A stretch of 64,000 nucleotides of DNA from Macrostomum hystrix (Eukaryota; Animalia; Platyhelminthes). The DNA lies in NCBI GenBank assembly GCA_950097015.1, contig CATNEN010000003.1, positions 15,004,001-15,068,000 on the forward strand, given 5' to 3'. Shown here piece by piece: positions 43,991-64,000 of this stretch. Position 1 is the first letter of the stretch. Every line of letters begins with the position of its first letter. The translations under genes and the position numbers were made by a program. A model generated the notes under the pieces. The model worked only from the letters and a program-made list of their open reading frames with translations. It ran no database searches and was not told the DNA's origin.

Positions 43991-46089
43991 TCAACCGTCA
44001 CAGGTGGCAATGACTAAACCTGTTTCTTTAACCTCATCCTCTTCTGACAAATCGCCAGGTGTTGCCACAGCTTTCGCTGCTTCACATGCGGCAATAATTT
44101 CTTCCTGCTTCAGCATCCTGTGTCCTGTTTCTTCTGGTTTACGAGCGGTGAACGATTCGAGGATGCTGGAAACCTTCAAAGCTAGGGGAGATTCGGGACT
44201 GCAGATACTCACTCTTGACTCACTCTTGACTGAAGCAGTCGATTCGGTATTTTCTGGCACATTGCTGACAACATTGAGTGGCTTCGAGGTATTAGGTATC
44301 TTCTCATGAGTAGACTTCACAGCTTCGGCTTCCAAAATTCGGAGCTCCACAATATTCGATGAAGCAGCAGTACATGCGGTAAAAGTCTCAGCCTTGCAGT
44401 AGGTCGAAGGCGAATCGCGCTTCGGCAAAGGCAGATCGTCAACATCCAGTATCTTGAGCTCCACAATTGTCTGCGGTTGCGCTGAAGTTCCAGTCACTGC
44501 GGTCGATCGACGTCGCTCAGCCAGTTTGGTTTTGAGACGCTCCAGGACTTCCGGGTTTGGCATCGAGTGGTTGGAGCTGCTGCCGCCGACACTGCTACTG
44601 CTCACTACGACGGTGCTAGTCGCAGGAGCATCCGCGTCAACGTGATGGAATTCTGCAGCTGTTGTTCCTGTCGGGGATGTTGTTGTAGAAGACGAAATTG
44701 ACGACGTGGACTCAAGACCTTCGGCGATGCAGTGCTTAGCTGTTGATGATGACTGTTCTTCGGCTCTGATAATTTTTTCAGCGGAAGCAACTGGTGCAAA
44801 AGCAGCTGAAGAACAAAACGGGGTAGAGGCAGCAGCAACAGCAGCAGCCGAGGAAGCCTGTCGGCTATTCTGATAGTCCTCAATAGCCTTTTGCGAAAAC
44901 TTGTAGATTTTCTTTTTGCGAAATTCGTGCGGCTCAAAGTAGCGCCCAATGTCCCGCGAATGCCTAAGAAATATAGTTTATATAAATAAATGAAAACAAT
45001 TTTAAATAAATAACATATTTGACTCTAGATGAAGTTTTGGTAAATTTCTGACCTTATTCCTCGAGCGAAGCACTCGTAATTGTCTGTTTTGTTTCCTTTA
45101 ATGTGCTTCCACAATTTGGCAATAGCCGATGGAGTAATAACTTTGAACAGTCTATTAGCTCTGTCGACCCATTCGATATTGTTGCGACACCGTGTGTTTT
45201 CAAGCAGCTTTAAAAGAAACAAATGAATCATCGGCTTTTGACCTGTTGGAATGTTGCATACGGCTTTGTAGAATATACTCGTACGAGCGTACAATACTAT
45301 AACAATGCATTTTTTTATAGATTTGCTTACCGTGCCAGGTAAACAGCTCCGGCGCCACATTCTGAAACAATCTGACCTCTTGCTGCTGCTCTGATGGTTC
45401 CGATGCTGAATTAGACAAAAGCTGCTGATGCTGCTGCTGCTGCTGCTGCTCGTGAGATCTCGCTCCAGAAGCGCTGACAGCTGCAGTGTCGTCGGCTCTT
45501 CCGACGACTCTTCTGCGCCTCTTCGCAGGCGGCGAAATTGTTGCTGCGCTAGTCGTGGTCATCATTGTTGTTGAGTTATTCGGAGAAGTCATATCAAAAA
45601 CCGGCTTAAAATCTGGCAGTTGTTCAACGCTTTGGTGCCGTTTTAATTGCGGTTGCTGCTGCTGCTGCTGTTGCAATTGCGATTGAAATAACTGCAGCTG
45701 GTAATGATGTTGGAAGTGCGTAGGCGGTTGCGGTGGCGGTGGCGGTGGCGGTGGCGGCGGCGGCGGCGGCGGAGTGGTCTCAGAAGCAGCGGTCGCGGAA
45801 GCAGCAGACCCAAGACCAGTACGATGAAGTACAGCCAATTGGCAGAATGATGGCAATACAGGCGAAATCTGCTGCTGTTGGTGCTGCTGCTGCTGCTGCT
45901 GCTGCTGAGAAAGTAAAAAGCTAGGATGCGGGCATCCAAGACTGACCTTTGTCGATTGCTGCTGCTGATAATGCTGCGGCTGCTGCTGCTGAAGTTGAGA
46001 ATTGTTGCAGTCAAATTGAGGCGACTGGAAAGCAAATTTATAAAGTCCATTTGATCCCAGAGACGCCGACATCAGAGCGGCTGTAAAAC

Positions 46090-46139
<50 letters not shown>

Positions 46140-47774
46140 TGCTGCTGCATTGAAGCATGCGGCGGTGGCGGCAGCGGCGGTGGCGGCGCTCCAAAACTGA
46201 CAGACCGGAGCAATTCAGACCGAAGGCCGCTTGACACAACGGGCGGCAGCGGCGGAATCGACGGCAGCGGCGGAAACGGCGGCAGTGACGGTGACGGTGG
46301 CGAAGTCTTGGCAGAGAAGGACGCTTGAGACGACTGCATTGTTGAATGCAGCGATGATTGCGGCGGCAGTGGCGGAAGCAGATGCGGCGCGGAGAAAGGT
46401 GAAATCTTACCCTGAGTAGCACTGAGGGTGGCCGCGGCCGCGGCGGCAGCTGCTGCAGCGGCTGCAGCGGCAGCTTGAGAAATCTGCGGCAGCAAGTTGA
46501 GCTGTTGTGGTCGCTGATTCTGATAAAGGTAGTTACACCCCGACAGTGACTGGGTGTAACTCTGCATGAGTTGATGATGGTGTTGCGACTGGGTCAGATT
46601 GAAACTGTCCACAAGTCCATTGAATGCCGCCGGTTGAAGTTCCAGTGTTGGTCGTGTTGGCGAAGACACATCGTTGTAGTCATGCTGCTGCGTTTTCAGC
46701 TCTTCTCGAGCCTCCTTAGACGCTGTCATCTCCAAACTGACGCCGGGTGGCGCTGGTGATAACTTCTCAACGTCGACTTCACTGTCAGTATCGCTGACAA
46801 CTTCCGTTTGTTGTACTGGCGAAAAATCAATAGTTTTGTCCTCTACTTTTGACTTTGCTGGCGACAACCTGGGCTGATCGCTGATGTCGGAGAGCCTGAT
46901 TTTGGGTGGATTCAATGTTCAAAAGACGATTTATTTGTGACAAAAAGCTCTACGAATATTCGAAGCTTCAAAAACAGAATTTGACTTTCGAAGTTAGGAA
47001 TAGCTGTAATTTGAAATCTATAATATACGCCGAAAATAGTTGTACGTCTTATTATTAGGAAAGATATTTTCACTATTTCTGCACGAAAACCACGTCATGT
47101 TACAATATTCTCGCTTTCATTCGTTATCTCCTTCTTACACCAACATCATTTTTATAATAATTGAAAAAAATCTTAGTCGCGTGCAGTGAATCCGTTTGAA
47201 GCTCACTGACTGCTCTATTGCTTGGATAGGAATCTACCATAGACATTGGCAGATATTTACGGGCATGTAACTTTACAAATTTGACTTTTTCACGACCCGC
47301 GCGGTTCATAGACTATACGTTTCAAAATTTGTCTTGAGTGTCTTGAGTTTGCTGAGAAAAACAATAACAAAATTATCGAACTTTTCTTTAAGGACCTGCG
47401 TCTTGTTCTTTACTCCCTCGAGGTTGCAGTCTATGGCAAAAACAATAGAAGCGAATGGTACAGCTGCAAACTGCTTAGAATCCTTGCATAAAATCGATGG
47501 AGGCTAAATAAAAACATCAAATTAATATTGAATGAAGTTAAGGATAAAACAATTCAACGGCATGTTGGTTGGGTAACTATAAAGCTATCAATCAATCATA
47601 TTGAATAAATTCAGTAACTTACCCGTCGCATTGACTGCCAGTAATATTAGTTGTTTCGCCGTTGCACGAATCATCGCTAATCGCAACTTCTTCTCGATGA
47701 TCAGAATTGCCAGAAGGTGTTGATATAACAGCATCGGGTTGTTCAAATTTTACATCAACGACAGTGTCGGACAT
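43991..47774 (-). CDS. ETS-domain transcription factor with long polyQ/polyP/polyA regions
   Basis: Exons 46895-45331, 45242-45053 and 44963-43991 join in phase to give GQKPMIHLFLLKLLEN...IEWVD...FKV..P..IAKLW..IKG...NYECFARGIR|HSRDIGRYF...KIYKF, an ETS fold pattern. The first exon 47774-47623 is phase-compatible but less certain. Confidence 0.8.
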
Positions 47775-48646
47775 GTCTTGTGGAACAAGTAGCTAATTGT
47801 ATTCAAAATAGATTAGTCGATTAGTCGAGCAGTAAGCTTAACTTGAAACTCGAATTTAACCTTCTCTCGGTTCGGTCGTGACAGCTCGGTATTTAAGGCA
47901 GTCTACTTCTTTGACAAAAAAAACAATTAGTCTATGGCTAAAAGTTACGTCGATTAAGCGTAAGAAAGCAATTTCGCTGGTAAAGTTTATAAATAGACAC
48001 TCGGACCAGCGAGTAAAGCCTATCTACACAGTTTCTAGGAAAAGCACATTTCACATGTGTTACATATCGAGATTGCAAAGTAAGCAGCCGTTTTGCAAAA
48101 ATAAGCTACAAGTGTATGGGTTTCTTACAGATTGCAACAGAATTGTACGAGAAAAAGTGACTTCAATATCGCAGCTAGTGCAATCCTACAGTTTGGTCGC
48201 TGCACTAAATGTACACGAATATTCGAAATGCTAAGCATTTAAAAGGAAGAAATTTCATAAGCTGTGTTACTCTCGCCAAGTGTGCATATTAACTGTTAAA
48301 CAGTTGTGTTAAGCGAGAATCTATTAACACTGCAGCATGAGACTTAATTGTACACAAAGTCAAATGCGACCAAACTTACGCTGTTGGTGTACATATTTTA
48401 CATACACACTGCTTGTGCATTTCTTTAAACGAATTGCGCCTTAAATTTTGTCTGAAAGTTTGTTGCATGAAAAGCTATTTGGCCTGTTACGTGCGACTAG
48501 CAAAGTTTCCAGATGATAAGATAAATTATTTACAGATACACAAATCCTAGGTTGTTAAAGTCATTAGCTGCAACTGAATGCTATTTGCTGCTTAATGGCT
48601 CATTATCTCCTTGACTAAATCGTAAAATTCCATTTTATTGCCGAAA

Positions 48647-49786
48647 TCACTGACACTTCACTATTAGCCTCACCGCCTCACTGACACTTCACCATTAGCC
48701 TCACTGCCTCACTGATACTTCACTATTAGCCTCACTGCCTCACTGCCTCACTGACACTTCACTATTAGCCTCACTGCCTCACTGCCTCACTGACACTTCA
48801 CTATTAGCCTCACTACCTCACTGACACTTCACTATTAGCCTCACTCCCTTACTGACACTTCACTATTAGCCTCACTGACTCACTGACACTTCACTATTAG
48901 CCTCACTGCCTCACTGCCTCACTGACACTTCACTATTAGCCTCACTGCCTCACTGCCTCACTGACACTTCACTATTAGCCTCACTACCTCACTGACACTT
49001 CACTATTAGCCTCACTACCTCACTGACACTTCACTATTAGCCTCACTGCCTCACTGACACTTCACTATTAGCCTCACTGCCTCACTGACACTTCACTATT
49101 AGCCTCACTGCCTCACTGACACTTCACTATTAGCCTCACTGCCTCACTGACACTTCACTATTAGCCTCACTACCTCACTGACACTTCACTATTAGCCTCA
49201 CTACCTCACTGACACTTCACTATTAGCCTCACTGCCTCACTGACACTTCACTATTAGCCTCACTGCCTCACTGACACTTCACTATTAGCCTCACTGACAC
49301 TTCACTATTAGCCTCACTGCCTCACTGACACTTCACTATTAGCCTCACTGACTCACTGACACTTCACTATTAGCCTCACTGCCTCACTGAAACTTCACTA
49401 TTAGCCTCACTGCCTCACTGACACTTCACTATTAGCCTCACTGACACTTCACTATTAGCCTCACTGACACTTCACTATTAGCCTCACTCCCTTACTGACA
49501 CTTCACTATTAGCCTCACTCCCTTACTGACACTTCACTATTAGCCTCACTGACTCACTGACACTTCACTATTAGCCTCACTGCCTCACTGAAACTTCACT
49601 ATTAGCCTCACTGCCTCACTGACACTTCACTATTAGCCTCACTGACACTTCACTATTAGCCTCACTGACACTTCACTATTAGCCTCACTGCCTCACTGAC
49701 ACTTCACTATTAGCCTCACTGACACTTCACTATTAGCCTCACTGACACTTCACTATTAGCCTCACTGCCTCACTGACACTTCACTG
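48647..49786. repeat. Minisatellite with 23-bp core plus variable 8-bp module (mostly 31 bp)
   Basis: CTCACTGACACTTCACTATTAGC plus 0-2 copies of CTCACTGC. Confidence 0.94.
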
Positions 49787-50790
49787 ATTAGACGAATGAA
49801 AATTGAGAAGCTAATGCAGAACCCGTGGACTAACTGACCAAATTGAAGCAGGTAGGGCCACACACGGACACAGCTACCCAGTTACCATACGGTTTTTTTT
49901 CAATTTATTTCTTTATTCTTACAAACAGACTAAAACGTAAAATTTGCGCGATAAAATCACTTTATAGCTTATTACTATTTTATTGATTGAATGCCCAGCA
50001 AATAACTGACGAACAACAAGCTAAGCAGTTAGAAAAATAAAGAGCTTTTAAGTAATTAAACAAATATAATAAAACAGGAACATATTGAAGCAATTCTCCA
50101 ATAAAAAAAATTAATTAGAATTACCCGTGTACACCTAGATAAATTAATGTAAGAAAATGATTCATTGATAGTAAATATATCAAAAAAGCGATTTGATATA
50201 AAGAGAAAAGATTACTATTATTTAGCAAGTCGAATCGAATGCGAGTAATATTAACATAAGTAGTAATTGTTGTAAACTACTTCTACTAAAAATAAAGAAA
50301 AATTAAAATTTGAAATAAAAAAAAGTTTCTATAATTCTTTAACTAAAATTTCAAATTTAGTATGGTTTTCTTAAGTACTCTACTATGAAAAGTAGTGATT
50401 AATGTGCGAGGAAGGAATAAAACAAATTAATAGAGAATTATATGATGCGTTTAACAGGCAATTGAATGATGGGAAAATCTATACAAATTTCTATTATCAA
50501 TAGTTTTTCTTTTCTTCTCAATTCTTTTTCTAACCAAATAAACTCATGAAGTTTCGAATAAGCCTACTTTGGTATTTCAAACGCATTTATTTTTTAATTG
50601 GTTTATTACAAGCGTTTGGTAGTAGTTTTAATCCGGTGTTCGAAGTCTTTGTTGGCACCAAGAGCAAATCTGAAACACAAAATATAAGAACTCAAAGAAA
50701 GTGTGACAAGCATTAAACTGATTTTCGGGGCCTAATCCGCCCACTGATTTAGGGCGGATCAAACTGAGACAGAGCACAGGGAGGGGGATT

Positions 50791-60255
<9,465 letters not shown>

Positions 60256-60744
60256 CTGGAAATGGGCGGGAAAGAATAAACACATTGAAACTGTAAACAA
60301 ACTCGCTTATTTGAGTAAGGAAATATGGCCGAAAGAGATGCGAAAAAAGTTAAGTAAAGTTTCCAGCAGCAATTCAGGTGAGCTAAAGCAAGTCTCTTTT
60401 AAAGTTTTTTGTTCATTCTGCAATTCGTCCTGCTTTGACTAAACTAATATTTACTAATCCTTAAGGAGTGAATGGGAGACAAGTTTGGGAGAAATAAACG
60501 TCAATTATACATTCGCATTTTGAACTCGAACACAACTTTCACAAATGAAATAATGGGCTTAAAAATCTAAACGGTTCATGTATCTTATCTGGAATATTAA
60601 TCCCAAATATTAGATCCCAACTAAATTTGAAATCCCAATTTGAATTAAAAACCCCAAATCTAAGATTTGAAATCCGAAACTGAATTTTTAAACCGAATAG
60701 ATATTTATATTCAAAATCTGGATTTGAAAACTTTATCCGAGTTA

Positions 60745-62010
60745 AAAATCCCAATCCGAGTTAGAAATATCAATCCGAGTTAGAAATCCCAATCTGAGTT
60801 AGAAATCCCAATCCGAGTTAGAAATCCCAATCAGTTTAGAAATCCCAATCATATTTAGAAATCCCAATCTGAGTTAGAAATCCCAATCTGAGTTAGAAAT
60901 CCCAATCAGATTTAGAAATCCCAATCAGTTTAGAAATCCCAATCCGAGTTAGAAATCCCAATCAGTTTAGAAATCCCAATCTGAGTTAGAAATCCCAATC
61001 AGATTTAGAAATCCCAATCAGATTTAGAAATCCCAATCAGTTTAGAAATCCCAATCCGAGTTAGAAATCCCAATCAGTTTAGAAATCCCAATCTGAGTTA
61101 GAAATCCCAATCTGAGTTAGAAATCCCAATCAGATTTAGAAATCCCAATCAGTTTAGAAATCCCAATCTGAGTTAGAAATCCCAATCATATTTAGAAATC
61201 CCAATCTGAGTTAGAAATCCCAATCAGATTTAGAAATCCCAATCAGTTTAGAAATCCCAATTTGAGTTAGAAATCCCAATCAGATTTAGAAATTCCAATC
61301 AAATTTAGAAATCCCAATCATATTTAGAAATCCCAATCATATTTAGAAATCCCAATCAGATTTAGAAATCCCAATCAGTTTAGAAATCCCAATCTGAGTT
61401 AGAAATCCCAATCTGAGTTAGAAATCCCAATCTGAGTTAGAAATCCCAATCTGAGTTAGAAATCCCAATCTGAGTTAGAAATCCCAATCAGATTTAGAAA
61501 TCCCAATCAGTTTAGAAATCCCAATCAGATTTAGAAATTCCAATCAGATTTAGAAATTCCAATCAAATTTAGAAATCCCAATCTGAGTTAGAAATCCCAA
61601 TCTGAGTTAGAAATCCCAATCTGAGTTAGAAATCCTAATCTGAGTTAGAAATCCCAATCATATTTAGAAATCCCAATCAGATTTAGAAATTCCAATCAAT
61701 TTTAGAAATCCCAATCTGAGTTAGAAATCCCAATCTGATTTAGTAATCCCAATCAAATTTAGAAATCCCAATCAGATTTAGAAATCCCAATCTGAGTTAG
61801 AAATCCCAATCTGAGTTAGAAATCCTAATCTGAGTTAGAAATCCCAATCATATTTAGAAATCCCAATCAGATTTAGAAATTCCAATCAATTTTAGAAATC
61901 CCAATCTGAGTTAGAAATCCCAATCTGATTTAGTAATCCCAATCAAATTTAGAAATCCCAATCAGATTTAGAAATCCCAATCGGATTTAGAAAACCCAAT
62001 CCGAGTTTAA
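60745..62010. repeat. 19-bp minisatellite (AGAAATCCCAATCTGAGTT)
   Basis: About 65 units. Confidence 0.94.
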
Positions 62011-62619
62011 AATCCTTATCTGAATTTAAAACTCGAATTTAAATTAAGAAATCAGCCTTAGTTTCAAATACCAATCTTAACCTGAAATCCTAATTTCAAA
62101 TCCTTATCTGTCAGGTTTTATTGAGAAATGTATATCCATCCAGGTAAGCATGTTTGCGTCCAACCTTTCCACTTATTCTAGCTAGGCTCAGTATGTTTTA
62201 TTTAATACCAGATTTTCATTGCGACTAAGACACTCAAACGAATATTGGCAGGGTTAAGTGGAGTGAATGCTTCAACTGGCTTCTATGCTCAGTAAACTAC
62301 TCACTTCTACTTAACTCAATCCACTCTCTAGCTTATACTTAATGTAGTTGCTATGCTGGCCATACTAAGCATTAGCTTCCGCCACCAACAAATTGATTGA
62401 TTGCATCGGATAGTTAATTGTTTCGTTTCGTCTGAGATTCTACTAGAAATAAGTAATTTCTTCCCTCGTCCAGGTTGCCTTTAAGTCATATCTACCTATT
62501 GAGTAGGTCCATATCGGAAAATTTGAAATGCAAAATAATGTTTGCTCATTAGAAAGTATTTATTTGCACACTTGACTATAATGTAGCATAAAATGCATTT
62601 TAATCCTAATCTTATGATT

Positions 62620-62880
62620 CTAAAATCCCAATCTAAGATTCCTGAAATCCGAATCTTTTATTCCTGAAATCCCAATCAAGGATTCCTTAAATTCCAATCG
62701 AGGATTCCTAAAATCCCAATCAAGGATTCATGAAATCCCAATCGAGGATTCCTGAAATCCCAATCAAGGATTCATGAAATCCCAATCGAGGATTCCTGAA
62801 ATCCCAATCAAGGATCGCTGAAATACCTACCTCGGATTCTTGAAACCTTAATCTAGGAATTCCTAAATCCCAATCTAGGA
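62620..62880. repeat. 22-bp minisatellite (GAAATCCCAATCAAGGATTCCT)
   Basis: About 11 degenerate units. Confidence 0.85.
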
Positions 62881-63300
62881 GAAAAATGACTGAACATTGC
62901 TATAAGCTTCAGTCAGAATACACAGAAAGAAGTGATGTAAAAAAACACAAAAAACCAGATCGATCGATAAGGATTTTTTTGAAGCGTCGATGACAGACCC
63001 GCGTCAATAACTTTGGTGCCGAAATGAGACACACAGCATGTGTTTAGGTTGCATTCACTTTCATCACTAATGGTGCCTCTTGGCATAGTTGTACTAATTG
63101 CATTCCATCTATACTCAAACAGTATTGCAGATGTAACTAAAGTTTTGAGTTTTGAGGTCGATGAAAAACGCCAAGATCTGTGTCCTTTGAGAAGTAACAA
63201 TCCACAAGTACACACTCAAGACACTGTTAGGAAAGATCAGCTATATGATTAGCTAGTAACATTTTTTATGATTTGAATACTGAAATGAGAAAAAATTATG

Positions 63301-64000
63301 CCAAAACCAATCTCATAAAGGATCCCAAGACCAATCTCATAAAGGATCCCAAGACCAATCTCATAAAGGATCCCAAGACCAATCTCATAAAGGATCCCAA
63401 GACCAATCTCATAAAGGATCCTAAGACCAATCTCATAAAGGATCCCAAGACCAATCTCTTAAAGGATCCCAAGACCAATCTCTTAAAGGATCCCAAGACC
63501 AATCTCTTAAAAGATCCCAAAACGAATCTCGCTAAAGATCCCAAAACCAATCTCTTAAAAGATCCCAAAACCAATCTCTTAAAAGATCCCAAAACCAATC
63601 TCTTAAAAGATCCCAAAACCAATCTCGCTAAAGATCCCAAAACCAATCTCTTAAAGGATCCCAAGACCAATCTCTTAAAGGATCCCAAGACCAATCTCTT
63701 AAAGGATCCCAAAACCAATCTCTTAAAAGATCCAAAAACCAATCTCTTAAAAGATCCCAAAACCAATCTCATAAAAGATCCCAAAACCAATCGCATAAAA
63801 AATCCCAAAACCAATCTCTTAAAAGATCCCAAGACCAATCTCTTAAAGGATCCCAAGACCAATCTCTTAAAGGATCCCAAGACCAATCTCTTAAAGGATC
63901 CCAAGACCAATCTCTTAAAGGATCCCAAAACCAATCTCTTAAAAGATCCAAAAACCAATCTCTTAAAAGATCCCAAAACCAATCTCATAAAAGATCCCAA
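63301..64000. repeat. 24-bp minisatellite (GATCCCAAGACCAATCTCTTAAAG), runs off the window
   Basis: About 29 units. Confidence 0.95.

Noticed and set aside
63040-63252. 70-aa plus-strand ORF with a hydrophobic segment, a possible nested gene exon in the presumed PKG intron
   Set aside because: Non-ATG start as called, short, no recognisable homology and no convincing splice partner.

Overview
Eukaryotic (invertebrate animal) genomic DNA. Four intron-containing protein-coding genes lie on the minus strand: a CDKL2-type (KKIAMRE) kinase (6236 down to about 12), a tachykinin-receptor-like GPCR (29085-17694), a polyQ/P/A-rich transcription factor with a divergent ETS domain (about 47774-43991), and the 3' part of a cGMP-dependent protein kinase (60255-50791; 5' exons not found in the window). 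A complete, young Ty3/Gypsy LTR retrotransposon with CsRn1-type Gag (33530-38131, identical 261-bp LTRs, 4-bp TSD) sits on the plus strand inside a 17-bp minisatellite. There are also tRNA-derived CORE-like SINEs, a 441-bp foldback MITE with a 7-bp TSD, and a hAT terminal fragment. The most striking property is that roughly 40% of the window (about 26 kb, hand estimate) consists of about 28 different tandem arrays with 11-47 bp units plus one 4-bp microsatellite. Many introns look like a minimal intron of about 60-150 nt plus one private array. Many units contain short hairpins, and five arrays with different periods share a GTTAGAC core. Most ORFs in the supplied track are artefacts of these arrays. 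The style resembles a free-living flatworm such as Macrostomum, but that is a guess. All coordinates were read by hand and array edges are approximate.
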